DNA from: a virus
Lineage: Duplodnaviria; Caudoviricetes
Reading direction: 5' to 3' (one strand)
Length of the DNA stretch: 64,000 nucleotides
IMG/VR virus record: IMGVR_UViG_2859564202_000001
The notes beneath the pieces were generated by a model. That model saw only the letters and a list, made by a program, of their open reading frames with translations, had not been told where the DNA came from and did no database searches. The position numbers and the translations under genes are program-made. Of this stretch, positions 29,967 to 40,294 are shown one piece after another. Each line of letters opens with the position of its first letter. Position 1 is the first letter of the stretch.

Positions 29967-30848
29967 TTAAAACGGTGGCTCGTTATCCATCTGAGGTTGT
30001 GCTGCCGGCTGCTGCGTCTGCGGTGCCAGAGCTGCTGCTACTGCTGGCGGCTGCGTCTGCGGTGCCAGAGCTGCTGCTACTGCTGGCGGCTGGTTAAACG
30101 GATTCCCAGCAGGTGCCTGCGGTGCCTGAGCTGCTGCTGCCTGCTGCTGCGCGGTTGCATGAGCTACCGCGTCTGCATAGACAGGGGCTCCTGCATATGC
30201 TGGCTGCTGGCCCTGTGGCACTGGTGCCTGGAATTGCTGATTCTGCATAACTGGCTGCGGTGCCACCTGTGGTGCTTGAGCCTGGGTCGCTTGGGCTTGT
30301 GCAGCCTTCTGCGCTTCTGCTGCTTGGCGATTCATTGCCACAGCCATAAACTGCTGCTGCTGAATATTCATCGCGTCCGAAATAGGAACCCCAGATGGCT
30401 GCAGAGACTTAGTGTTCATGACCGCAGGGAGAGACTTGCCGTCCTTGGTCTTCGGGAACATGACATCAGCCTTGACCAACATGGAGTAACCAACTGTCTC
30501 ACCGTCTTTGCTCAAGAGCGGGGTCATATGGTTGCGCCCCTGTGCTGCCACCGTCTGCATCGCTTGAATCTGCGCATCAGAATACGCAACACCTGTGTTG
30601 CGCTGACCGTCCTTAGTGTCAAGATGCAGATGAGGCATAGTCTGTGGTGCAAGATTCGCATTCGCACGAGTGCCGTCAGCGTCAATCGGAATCTGCGCTA
30701 CCTGAACATCCACAAAGTGGACAGTGTTACCCTTTTCGGTCACATGCTTGGCGCTGTCGTAGACGTTGACAACAAGATCTACACCTTTAGTAGACGCGTT
30801 CGGATTGATGACATTGCCATCTTTATCCTTGCTTCGAAAATTAGCCAT
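29967..30848 (-). CDS. Hypothetical protein with a P/Q/A-rich linker and an SSB-like acidic tip (DNEPPF)
   Basis: Beta-rich N-domain, low-complexity linker, C-terminal MDNEPPF. Confidence 0.7.
   Translation of the reverse strand: MANFRSKDKDGNVINPNASTKGVDLVVNVYDSAKHVTEKGNTVHFVDVQVAQIPIDADGTRANANLAPQTMPHLHLDTKDGQRNTGVAYSDAQIQAMQTVAAQGRNHMTPLLSKDGETVGYSMLVKADVMFPKTKDGKSLPAVMNTKSLQPSGVPISDAMNIQQQQFMAVAMNRQAAEAQKAAQAQATQAQAPQVAPQPVMQNQQFQAPVPQGQQPAYAGAPVYADAVAHATAQQQAAAAQAPQAPAGNPFNQPPAVAAALAPQTQPPAVAAALAPQTQQPAAQPQMDNEPPF
30012..30089. repeat. Exact 39-bp tandem duplication (QPPAVAAALAPQT x2)
   Basis: ctgcgtctgcggtgccagagctgctgctactgctggcgg occurs twice. Confidence 0.9.
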
Positions 30849-31074
30849 GATACAAACCCTTTCACACTAATTTGTTCGGGACTTTTTATATTACTTCCCA
30901 GAACAATTCTTATTAAGTATTAATGTGAAGCATAATCACCTTGTCAAACAAATGCAATACTTTTCTTTAAAACTTATGAGATTCATTTACCATTGCTGAA
31001 ATATACTTTTAAATTAATAAAAGAACACTTCGACTTAATTCATATCAAAGTGTTCTTTTTTTTTAATCAACCGC

Positions 31075-33843
31075 CTACCCCAATCCACCATCACGGGTAC
31101 TCCGCAGCTGTGAATCCAGCACAGCTCGATCCACAGCATCACGAATCAGTGGCTGCACTCGCTTATCTAGCGCAACTGTTCTACCCCGCTTAATCTGCAC
31201 CGACTCCGGTTGTACATGTCGTTGCACCACCTCGAACGCTGGTTGCGTGGTCTCCTGATCAATTTCTTGTTGTCGCTGTGCTACCAACTCACGCTCACGA
31301 CGAGCCTGCTCTTCCGCTGCACGCTGAGCGCGTTGTCGCGCCTGCTCTCTAATTCTGGCAAGCATGGCACTACGCAAAATACCTGTACGGGATACCTCAC
31401 TACTGGTTGCTTCCATGCGAGTTATGTCCGCGCCGGCATGATCAAGCTCTTCTGCCACTGCTTCTGGTTCCTGCTGCGAACTGATCATCCACTCCCGAGC
31501 GCGTTCAAAAGCATAACGTCGCTGGGTGACTAACTCACCGTAACTACGCACAATGGGCTGACTGACCTTCTGATCGCTAAACCAGTCATAGTGAAGATCG
31601 TGCAGGTCAGCGCCACGCACCTGCTCAAAATCATGCTCCGGTCGAAACACGACCTGAAACCTGCCACGCAAGGTGTGCACTGGATCATGAGCGCTCACAT
31701 CACGACTATCACGTAACTCTTCGTCAAGGTATGTGCGCACAGAATCAGATACATCAGCGACCGGCAACTCAATTGTTTGCTGCTGTATCTGGCGTTCATC
31801 TGCACCCTCTCCCCCAGATTCACGTAGATCTGCTGCATCCATCAATACAGCATCACCTTCAACCTCTAAACGTGCACCGAGCTGTGCCCATTCTCGTCGC
31901 AAATCATCAATTTTTTGCTGATAGGTCACCATCATGCGCTCAATTCGGCCATCCAGGACCGCACGCCCAGCTTTACCCTCAGCGCCTGTTCGAGCCAATA
32001 ACCCACCACCGGGTTGGTCATAAAGTTGCCGACCCAAAGCTTCAGCTGCACGTTCATCGCTCATGCGTGCCAAAGAACGATCTGCCCGCAGTGCACGCAG
32101 ACCCACAACCCTTTTACCGTAATCAGCAACCTCAGCCCATTGCTTCTCCCACTGACCGACAGGTGGGGCAAAGGTCAAAAAGTGCTGGTACTTGGATTGG
32201 CACATCGCATGATACTGCTCCTCAGTGTCATAAAAACTCCACATTACCTGTGAGGTGGGATCAGCCAAACCTTGAGAGTTAGCGTCCTCCCACGAGCGTT
32301 TTTTCACGGCAAAGGCTTCTCGTTGTTCTCGGTGATGATTCAAGCGTGCTGAATACGACCGCAAACGCAGCCCAAATTCCTCAATACTTGGCTCAGGCTC
32401 TTCTTTCCCCACCTCTTGTGATCCACTACTACCCTGCTCGTCTAGATCCTTGCTCTTCTTCCGCGCAATACCATCGAGCAAATCCTCATAGTCTTGACGC
32501 ATGACTGTCAACATGGCCGTAGAGACATCGCGTTGCTCATCGGAAATCGCGGATAGGACACTGTAGACACCGTTCATGGCCTGCTCAATGATCTTTTCGC
32601 GGCCATTATCAATCAAACGCTGGGTGTCCTGCTTGCTTAAACCTTCTTTAACGCGGCGTTTTTGCGCATACTGATAGACCTGCGACAGTGCTGCCGGCAT
32701 CGGTGAATCAGTCTCACCAAGTCGCGCCTCCACCAACTCGCGCACTAATCTATTCGGCTTATCCATTTCCTTGGCATTGGTCGATGCACGCCACAGTCGC
32801 TTATCCTCTGGCAAACAAGCGACCACAAATTGCGCAGCACTTTCTTGGGTGAGCTGATGAAACGCCCAGCGCTTGACGTAGCTGGTGACATTGCGTTTTT
32901 CATACCCCACTGCTGCTGACAAGTGCGCCATATGCTGATGCTGATCAAGCCAGGCGTCAATACCACGCCGCAAAATAGCCTTACCTGGCTTATTGATTTT
33001 GCCTTTTTGCGTACCATCAGCAGCCCGGTGTCCATAACCAGCATCCACCATGGTCAAGTGGGCGTGCACATGCTTCGTATCAACCTGAATCACGCCGACA
33101 TAGCGCAAATCATCATAATGACGCTGGGCTAGACGATCCACACCATGCATGACAGCCATGCGTAGCTTCATTTGGTCAACCTGGCCGCGATAATCACCAG
33201 CACGCTTAATATCGAGATCCTCTGGAATAAGGCCATGCGCGGTCAGGTAATCCTGGGTAAAAGATAGGACCACTTTCATCACGGTATGCCTATTTTCATA
33301 GAGCTCTTGGACGTTATTACTTGCTGCATGAAGATCATCATGTGACAGCGAGACATCGCCATACCCAAAGGCCACTCCCCCATTACCCTGAGCCCTCAGC
33401 ATGAGATCATGAACGCGCTGCCCATCCTGGGTAGTAAATTCCGCGAGTTCCCTCGGGTGCACAGGTTGTGATGGGTTGGTGGTGTCGGAGTCTGTATTCA
33501 CGCCCGCTCGCAATGCTGCTCGCCGGGCGCTGCGTTCTGCACGACGTTGTTTCAAGGTCGCGCGGCGACCTTGCCGGCCACGACGAGAGTTCATTTCAGG
33601 TTGCTGGTCATAGTCTGCGTTACTGTCCGTGGTGAGCTGCTCCACGGCACTATCACGTGCCATATACCGCATGATGAAATCATCTAATTTATTGCGCACA
33701 ATAGGTGCTACTGCTTCTACCGCATCGCTGCGTGCCATATAGCCAGAGATATATTTACCTGGCGATGATCCTCGTGAACCTTTGCCATTTGCCTGCTTAA
33801 TCGTATATTCATTGCGCACGATAATGGCTTGTTTCAAACTCAT
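31075..33843 (-). CDS. Relaxase, MobL-like HUH family
   Basis: YMAR catalytic-Tyr-like motifs, VVLSF and the HUH motif IQVDTKHVHAHL. Confidence 0.8.
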   Translation of the reverse strand: MSLKQAIIVRNEYTIKQANGKGSRGSSPGKYISGYMARSDAVEAVAPIVRNKLDDFIMRYMARDSAVEQLTTDSNADYDQQPEMNSRRGRQGRRATLKQRRAERSARRAALRAGVNTDSDTTNPSQPVHPRELAEFTTQDGQRVHDLMLRAQGNGGVAFGYGDVSLSHDDLHAASNNVQELYENRHTVMKVVLSFTQDYLTAHGLIPEDLDIKRAGDYRGQVDQMKLRMAVMHGVDRLAQRHYDDLRYVGVIQVDTKHVHAHLTMVDAGYGHRAADGTQKGKINKPGKAILRRGIDAWLDQHQHMAHLSAAVGYEKRNVTSYVKRWAFHQLTQESAAQFVVACLPEDKRLWRASTNAKEMDKPNRLVRELVEARLGETDSPMPAALSQVYQYAQKRRVKEGLSKQDTQRLIDNGREKIIEQAMNGVYSVLSAISDEQRDVSTAMLTVMRQDYEDLLDGIARKKSKDLDEQGSSGSQEVGKEEPEPSIEEFGLRLRSYSARLNHHREQREAFAVKKRSWEDANSQGLADPTSQVMWSFYDTEEQYHAMCQSKYQHFLTFAPPVGQWEKQWAEVADYGKRVVGLRALRADRSLARMSDERAAEALGRQLYDQPGGGLLARTGAEGKAGRAVLDGRIERMMVTYQQKIDDLRREWAQLGARLEVEGDAVLMDAADLRESGGEGADERQIQQQTIELPVADVSDSVRTYLDEELRDSRDVSAHDPVHTLRGRFQVVFRPEHDFEQVRGADLHDLHYDWFSDQKVSQPIVRSYGELVTQRRYAFERAREWMISSQQEPEAVAEELDHAGADITRMEATSSEVSRTGILRSAMLARIREQARQRAQRAAEEQARRERELVAQRQQEIDQETTQPAFEVVQRHVQPESVQIKRGRTVALDKRVQPLIRDAVDRAVLDSQLRSTRDGGLG

Positions 33844-33934
33844 TTTCCCACCGCTCTTTCTTTAACTACAACAACAGCGCCCCCACCAAAAAAACGGTAA
33901 CGACGCTGTTGCTTCTCTTGATGCCTCACCTTGG

Positions 33935-34537
33935 CTAAAGCACGACGTTGCGTGCCTCTTGCTCCACAAACCGGGATTCAACACCACGTCTAAACAGCAC
34001 TCGTTCGGTGTCCGTAATCTTCACCTGTGCATTACCGCGTGCATCGTCAACGCCTGCATCCGCCATCATTATGTGCGCATAGACATAGCTCCGGCTCACC
34101 TCGATAGATGCGACATAACGCATATCCTCAAAAAACGTTCCCTCAAGCCCCAAGAGCCCATTCATCACGGCTAAACGCAATTCCATGAGATCAATCTCTG
34201 GATGGGTGTCCGCATAAATATCCTGACCAAAATAGTTCGGATCAAAGCTCATGATTCCATGCTCACTGAGATAGCTCTTATCAAAAACGACAATCGCTGA
34301 GATAACCGTATGCCCGCACGCAAACAAATCCTGAATATCTTCTGCAGCAGTTGCTACATCGTCATTACTCAGCGACGCATCCCCATAACCGAAGCACGAG
34401 CCTCCGTCATCGGCTCTCAACCCTCGGGCTGCAATATTGCGCTGGATATGCTCATAGGGTGCTAGTTGCGTCTTGGTTGCGCCGCGACCTTTGACCAGGC
34501 GCTGTTCGATCATGACCATAGCGTCGTCAAGTTTCAC
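33935..34537 (-). CDS. Degenerate paralog of the relaxase core domain
   Basis: Collinear similarity to the relaxase (FGYGD.SLS.DD, HTV, M.LR.AVM.G, D.RYV..I.V); HVHAH is replaced by YVYAH. Confidence 0.75.
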   Translation of the reverse strand: MKLDDAMVMIEQRLVKGRGATKTQLAPYEHIQRNIAARGLRADDGGSCFGYGDASLSNDDVATAAEDIQDLFACGHTVISAIVVFDKSYLSEHGIMSFDPNYFGQDIYADTHPEIDLMELRLAVMNGLLGLEGTFFEDMRYVASIEVSRSYVYAHIMMADAGVDDARGNAQVKITDTERVLFRRGVESRFVEQEARNVVL

Positions 34538-34625
34538 TGTATTTCTCCTGTTGCCTTATGTGTGTACAGCTATGAAAAAATCGGCGCCAACAGCACAAAC
34601 ATGCTTAAAGTAGCGCCGATCCTCG

Positions 34626-35879
34626 TTATAGATCTAGCCCGCGTTCTGCAATTTTCTCATCAAACTTGCGCCCCTCCGCAGGTGATGCGTCATAGCCATG
34701 CTTTTGCTCGCGAATATATGCCTCACGCACAGATTCTTGAGTCTGAATCTTCTGTGCAACACGTCGGCTGGCTTCTCGCTGCGCGGTCTTAGCCCGTGAC
34801 TCGCGATCAAAATCAAGCTCTGTCGCAGAAATCTCTGCAGCACTGACACTTGCTGGCGCCTCTACCTCGGCGGTATTGACAACATCATCTGCATCAAGAT
34901 CAATCACGTCATCGAATTCAAGCTCATCAAGATCATGAATAACATCGTTAATCTCTGCAGCACTGACAGTTGGTGCTGCATCAACCTCAGTCTCAATATC
35001 GCTATCCCGCTCAGCCTCCCGCTCCACCACAGGCTCCTGGGCGCGAATCTTCTCGTTGTAGAACTCGGTAACCTCGCGCTCCCACTCACTCATACCAGCG
35101 GTGTCATCAAGATCATGGGCGAGGAATTGCTCAGCATCAAAGCTCTCTTCCGCACCAACAAGCACGGGTTCAGTCTGGAAGGAAATGCCAGCAAGTTTCG
35201 CCATCAACTGTGCTGCGCTCAGCGCTCGCTCCTGCTCAAGGCGCTGTGCATGTGCACTGACACCGGTACGGGTGCGGTTAGCATCAGCGAAAATATCTTT
35301 GCCTTCAATCTCTGCACGAGAAATTGACTCAGAGAAATCCTTGTCCGCCTCGCCCGCTTCACGCTGGCTACGGTAGTCCTCAAACATGCTGGTGAGCTCA
35401 TAGCCAGAGGATTCTTGACTAAAATCCACACCATGAATCTCAGATAAGCCCACAAGCACAATCGGTGGCGCATCCTGCGACTCTGGTGCCACGACAGTGA
35501 CATCGGCATTCATGGGTAGTTCCCACGGCAGGCTCGTCATCATCTCGCGCGGTGGCTGGAAACCTTCTAGATACAGACCTTTATCAATGAGCTCTTTATG
35601 CTGCTGTGGACTGAATTTATAAAATCCACTAAAACGCTGTTGGTTTTCTGAATCAAACGTAATTTTTTGAATGTCGTACGGTAGCTGCGACAATGCAGTC
35701 ACGCTGTCGATGGCACCCTCAACGTGCAATACCGGCTCATGCTGCGTGCCAATAAACTCAACTTCAACAACATCTGGGGTAAACACCGCGTACACCGGTG
35801 CATCGAGCTGTACCTTTTCACCCTGTTCGGCAACCCGCTGCGCTGCGGGTGAATTGGTGTTAAAACCTGCAAGCTTCAT
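34626..35879 (-). CDS. Acidic hypothetical protein
   Basis: 417 aa ORF in the operon. Confidence 0.7.
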   Translation of the reverse strand: MKLAGFNTNSPAAQRVAEQGEKVQLDAPVYAVFTPDVVEVEFIGTQHEPVLHVEGAIDSVTALSQLPYDIQKITFDSENQQRFSGFYKFSPQQHKELIDKGLYLEGFQPPREMMTSLPWELPMNADVTVVAPESQDAPPIVLVGLSEIHGVDFSQESSGYELTSMFEDYRSQREAGEADKDFSESISRAEIEGKDIFADANRTRTGVSAHAQRLEQERALSAAQLMAKLAGISFQTEPVLVGAEESFDAEQFLAHDLDDTAGMSEWEREVTEFYNEKIRAQEPVVEREAERDSDIETEVDAAPTVSAAEINDVIHDLDELEFDDVIDLDADDVVNTAEVEAPASVSAAEISATELDFDRESRAKTAQREASRRVAQKIQTQESVREAYIREQKHGYDASPAEGRKFDEKIAERGLDL

Positions 35880-35926
35880 ATCATTTCTCTTTTCTCTACG
35901 TATCGTGTGTCAGGCGTGGTAACTAG

Positions 35927-36625
35927 CTAGTTGCGAGCTGCTGCAACAGCGTCGTTGAGGGCGTCGTGTCGGTTCTTATCGTCTGACTCTTCTGGCTCAG
36001 ACTGTGCCTGTTGCGCCAGAGTCTCTTCAGCCTGTTGAGCCGAGTAAATGGCATCAAGTTTGCGCTGCTTTTTGGCTTCTTTAGCCTGCTGCTTAGTCAG
36101 CTTCTTTTCTGCTCGTGCGCGCTTCGCGTCGTCGCGAGAAATCTTTTCACGACCTGCGTATAACCCCTGTCGCAAAGTCATGGTGAAGCGCCACAATGCA
36201 CCAAAAATAAGATTGAGCACTTTCATGACCACCAGTGCCAGCACAATCATGAGAAACAGCACCGGGATGACCCAGCTAAAGAGGAACCCATCAGTAGTGG
36301 AGATAATCACACCAGCAGAAGCGCCGATGCTGGAAATAACCAGACTTGGCAGTACTGATACTCCCCACGTACCGATGATGGTGACCACAGTGCCAGCTGC
36401 AAGGATCGCTACCGGCCACACGGCGATGGCAAAAACCAGGAAAGCAAACCAACCACCAAGTGAACCAGTGAGCTTCCAGACCTTATCGACCCACGAAGGC
36501 CATCCACCGGTGCGTGCATTAATTGGTTCAACCGTGTTAACCGCTACCGCTTCTGCAATCTCAGCCTGTGCTGCATCATGAGCGTGCTGCAATTGACGCT
36601 GTTTCTTATTTTTCGCTCGTGCCAT
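35927..36625 (-). CDS. Hypothetical membrane protein
   Basis: About 3 TM segments and a charged tail. Confidence 0.7.
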   Translation of the reverse strand: MARAKNKKQRQLQHAHDAAQAEIAEAVAVNTVEPINARTGGWPSWVDKVWKLTGSLGGWFAFLVFAIAVWPVAILAAGTVVTIIGTWGVSVLPSLVISSIGASAGVIISTTDGFLFSWVIPVLFLMIVLALVVMKVLNLIFGALWRFTMTLRQGLYAGREKISRDDAKRARAEKKLTKQQAKEAKKQRKLDAIYSAQQAEETLAQQAQSEPEESDDKNRHDALNDAVAAARN

Positions 36626-36746
36626 AGTGCCTATCTCAATTCCTTTTTAATGCAAGTATGTTTGTCACTTTCTTTTTATAATATTAAAAGACAAAACCCC
36701 CAATAGCTAGTCACCAACTAACTATTGGGGGTTGCCCCAGAAACTT

Positions 36747-37463
36747 TTAGCCCGAGTATTTCACACCACCGGGGACAGTACGTGCTTCGAGGTTACGAAT
36801 TTTGCCGTCGATCACGTCATAGGCAAGGCGTGAGGTAGAGGTTGTTTCTGCCTCACCACCAGAGCGCTTCGACTTCATCGTCACCGTGGATACATAGCTG
36901 TACTCTGTACCATTAATGCGAGTAACCACGGATTCTAAGCTGCTAAAGCGGTTGGACAGATCTGCATCATAGGCATAGTGCACTTCGCCAGTTGGATCGG
37001 TGCGAGCAATGCCCGCCATTTCACCAGGCATAAACACCGACATAAACTGTGATTCTTCATCCAGGTCATAAACCCGCATCACTTGCTCGCGCACATCAAG
37101 GTAGTCGCGCACGCTGTCCCACGTCAGCGCCATGGACAAAAATTCTCGAACAACAGCATCATCTGCAGCCTTGTGTTCAATATCCATACCACCGGTAGCG
37201 TCACGCACCACCTGCTCAAGTTGGCCCTCAAGCTTACTGTTTAATGCATCACGTTCCTGTTGCAAGGCCATAATCTCACCAGTTTGACGCTTAAGTACAG
37301 CATGTCGATCCGCAGAGGTGCTGGTGGCAACAATAATGACCACCACTGCCAAGATCAACGCAATGATCATGACGATATTGCGAACAAAAAAGCGCTTGAC
37401 CTGATCGAACATCGGCTCGTCCTCAGTTACACCACTCTGGTTATCTACATTTCGTGTCGTCAT
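36747..37463 (-). CDS. Bitopic membrane protein, possible VirB8/TcpC-like conjugation component
   Basis: N-terminal TM, coiled coil and alpha/beta C-domain; context only. Confidence 0.55.
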   Translation of the reverse strand: MTTRNVDNQSGVTEDEPMFDQVKRFFVRNIVMIIALILAVVVIIVATSTSADRHAVLKRQTGEIMALQQERDALNSKLEGQLEQVVRDATGGMDIEHKAADDAVVREFLSMALTWDSVRDYLDVREQVMRVYDLDEESQFMSVFMPGEMAGIARTDPTGEVHYAYDADLSNRFSSLESVVTRINGTEYSYVSTVTMKSKRSGGEAETTSTSRLAYDVIDGKIRNLEARTVPGGVKYSG

Positions 37464-38473
37464 TATCTGTTCTCCTGTTTGTTCAGCTGAGCGATCTCTA
37501 GTGCCCGCTGCAGCTCATCAACGAAAATAGCCTCGCCCTCAAGCCCCCCGCCTTCACTGCCAGCACGTGCAGCGCTCGCCTCTGCATTTGTGCCGTGGGC
37601 ACCAAATTCACTTGGTGAGGTGGTTGCACCAATACGCTGGTGTCCTTCATAGGTATGCGCCAACGCCAGCGAGCTAAACACGCCGGTGTTGATGTTGTAA
37701 TCGGCTGTCACCCACGCCAACAGCGCACCGTCACGCTCACCTCCGGTCAAGCGGGCCTCCCACATCACCACAACGTGCTCGGTATCTGACATCGACAGTG
37801 TAGGGGTCACAGTCCATCCCCAGGACTCAGCCCCCATCGGCGCCCAGGTGGGTCGGTTGTTATCTCCGACAACAACTTCTTGTGGCTGGTACCAACGACC
37901 CGCCGCAGGAAATTCACCTGTCGTACCAGCAGAGACCGTGAATTTCGGTTTCAGCTCATCAACAATTGTCTTGAACTGCTCGGTCGCGGCATCATCATCA
38001 ACACTGGTAATAATGCCGGCTAACTGATTCTGTAAGTCAGCCACATTCTGTGCACGTGAGGTTGCTGCGTCAAATTGACTAGCAAGAGTCTCTTTTTTGG
38101 GCATTGTCTCTGCAGTGTTTTTTAAGTCGTTGACTTCATTACGCAGAGTGACAATCTGCTCATTGTTTGCACTCACCTTGTCGTCAAAGCCGCCCGAGGT
38201 GGTACTGATCCACAACGTTGTACCAATAAATACGGCGCCAGCCAGTACTGTGACAGCGATACGACCCAAACCAAACAATGGCTTACGCTTACGTGCATCT
38301 TCTTGCGCTTTTGCTAAACGACGTTTACGGATTTGTTCTGCACGACGACGCAGATCATCACCGGTAATCTTCTCGAACGCCTGCTTTTCTTTGTCGCTGC
38401 GCACTTCCCCATTGACGACCCCATCGACAGAGATGGGCTTAAGGTCATCCGACCCGCCATTATTCTCAGCCAT
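37463..38473 (-). CDS. Bitopic membrane protein, probable conjugation component
   Basis: Single TM plus coiled coil; stop overlaps the next start. Confidence 0.6.
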   Translation of the reverse strand: MAENNGGSDDLKPISVDGVVNGEVRSDKEKQAFEKITGDDLRRRAEQIRKRRLAKAQEDARKRKPLFGLGRIAVTVLAGAVFIGTTLWISTTSGGFDDKVSANNEQIVTLRNEVNDLKNTAETMPKKETLASQFDAATSRAQNVADLQNQLAGIITSVDDDAATEQFKTIVDELKPKFTVSAGTTGEFPAAGRWYQPQEVVVGDNNRPTWAPMGAESWGWTVTPTLSMSDTEHVVVMWEARLTGGERDGALLAWVTADYNINTGVFSSLALAHTYEGHQRIGATTSPSEFGAHGTNAEASAARAGSEGGGLEGEAIFVDELQRALEIAQLNKQENR

Positions 38474-38603
38474 ATTAAACCCCTTTTAAAGTTACTAAGT
38501 TATTGAAGTTTCTAGAATATAAGTTATTACACAAAAACGGGGTGCACAAGCGCCAACCAGCAGCTCGCACGCCCCGTCACACCAACCCAGCGATGAAAAA
38601 AAC

Positions 38604-40265
38604 TTATCCTGCAGGAGTAGTTCGAGTTGGGTTAGTCATTTCGCCAATTTCTTTACCAGCCGGAATCTGTACACCAGAGAACACTGAGTTTGTCTCAGCC
38701 TGGGTGTTGCGGAACACCTTGAAGTTCACGCCCCATCCATCCAGACTCAAGGTATCCAGACCAGGTGAGCGGTCATTCAACGATGCATGACCAATAGCTG
38801 CATTAGGCTCTGCATTACCAGGGCCCAACATGTCCACAACAACCTCATTGCTGACATACATCGCAACGTGATTCGGTGCACCAAGAAGCACATCGCCAGG
38901 TAACAAATCGTTCTCTGACATGGTGGCAAGATTGCCGATTTCCTCCCAACGGCCCGATCCTGTGCCCACAACGTATTCATACTGTGCTGCTGTTGGACCT
39001 GCTGGGAACGTATCATCCGTGCCCGACCAGCGAATAGCGGTAGCAACGCCACGGTCACAGGATGCGTAATACGGATCACCGGTGAGCACTTCATCATGGA
39101 TATAGCGGTAAATATCAGTACCGTCATTGCCACGAGAATCAGCCAGATAAGGATGTGAAATAGTCACCATTGCTTCTGCAGCGGACGTATTTCCACCTGA
39201 GGTGCGGTCCTCTTCAGGACAATCATTAAGAGCATCCTGCTCATCACGCGCCGTGGATTTTGCTGCTGCACCATCAGCCATAGCGATCACAGACTCACCC
39301 AAGGTTGAGTTCTTTTGCCAACCACCCATCTGCGCGTACCACTTAGATGCTTGCTCTGCACGAATGGGTGCATTACCTGCGACATCTGCCGGGCGCTCCC
39401 ACTCACGCAGGAAGTACTCGGACGCTGCGGTGGGGCTATTGCTACTGGAGTTTTTATTATCAACCATTTCCAGAAAAACCTTGCGATCGCTTTCATTATC
39501 GCCACTAATAGCAAATGCAAGCTGCACGTCGATGTAATGCCAGTCTCGGTTTCTATCGGCGGCAAAATCTAGCAACATCTGTGTGCGCCCTGCTGTCCAC
39601 TGCCCAAGCCCAATACCCATCGGCTGAGGTTCAAAGTTCTTATCCCACGCAGCTCTCTTCCGAGGACCGATGGTATTTGGTTCATCAAAAATACCCTCCA
39701 CCGCAGTCGGGTCGATACCTGATTCTGTCTCAAAGTTGCCCAAGACACCGGCGATATTTTGATCATTCATCCCAAGATACGACAGCGCACCGTACACCAA
39801 CTTCGCGTTCTCAGTCATATCACCTGCGTCAATGGTAAACGGGTTGGCCGTTACTGGCGGCTCACACAACTCGATAATGCCGTCTTTTCGACCTGCCGGC
39901 ACCACAATCATCGACACAATCAACGCAATAGTCGTCACCGACGACAACACCGAGCCTGTACCTGCCAGCATTGCGCCTACACGTGCAGTGATCATGCCAC
40001 CTGTGGCAGCAGAGATACCAGTACCGGCAGACAGGGCAAGCCCCATCATTCGTGTCCACAGGTTTTTAGCCAAATTACCCATAGAGCGAGCACCATTGGC
40101 TGCAAGTGCTGCAGTACCAAAACCTACACGTAGTGCGCCATAACCTAAGCCTTGTGCAGCTGAGCGGGTCTTATCTTTTGCTTCATCAACAAACCCCGAG
40201 CTTCCCGAGTCACCATTATCAGGTGCATCGGGGGCATCATTTGGTTCTATAAAATCATTAGCCAC
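38604..40265 (-). CDS. Bifunctional cell-wall hydrolase (phage-tail-lysozyme-like plus NlpC/P60/CHAP-like), VirB1 analogue
   Basis: IAGVLGNFETESG and GIGLGQWT; C-terminal ASCDRGV...LLPGDVL...HVAMY. Confidence 0.82.
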   Translation of the reverse strand: MANDFIEPNDAPDAPDNGDSGSSGFVDEAKDKTRSAAQGLGYGALRVGFGTAALAANGARSMGNLAKNLWTRMMGLALSAGTGISAATGGMITARVGAMLAGTGSVLSSVTTIALIVSMIVVPAGRKDGIIELCEPPVTANPFTIDAGDMTENAKLVYGALSYLGMNDQNIAGVLGNFETESGIDPTAVEGIFDEPNTIGPRKRAAWDKNFEPQPMGIGLGQWTAGRTQMLLDFAADRNRDWHYIDVQLAFAISGDNESDRKVFLEMVDNKNSSSNSPTAASEYFLREWERPADVAGNAPIRAEQASKWYAQMGGWQKNSTLGESVIAMADGAAAKSTARDEQDALNDCPEEDRTSGGNTSAAEAMVTISHPYLADSRGNDGTDIYRYIHDEVLTGDPYYASCDRGVATAIRWSGTDDTFPAGPTAAQYEYVVGTGSGRWEEIGNLATMSENDLLPGDVLLGAPNHVAMYVSNEVVVDMLGPGNAEPNAAIGHASLNDRSPGLDTLSLDGWGVNFKVFRNTQAETNSVFSGVQIPAGKEIGEMTNPTRTTPAG

Positions 40266-40294
40266 AATGCACTCTCACAATCAATAAAAAAAAT

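Noticed and set aside
29940-30923. 327-aa Cys/Leu-rich plus-strand ORF
   Set aside because: It is the antisense shadow of the Gln/Ala-rich gene 29967-30848.
38604-40265. Phage endolysin or tail protein
   Set aside because: It is membrane-anchored, lies among conjugation-like genes, and has no holin or tail genes nearby; a VirB1-like role fits better.
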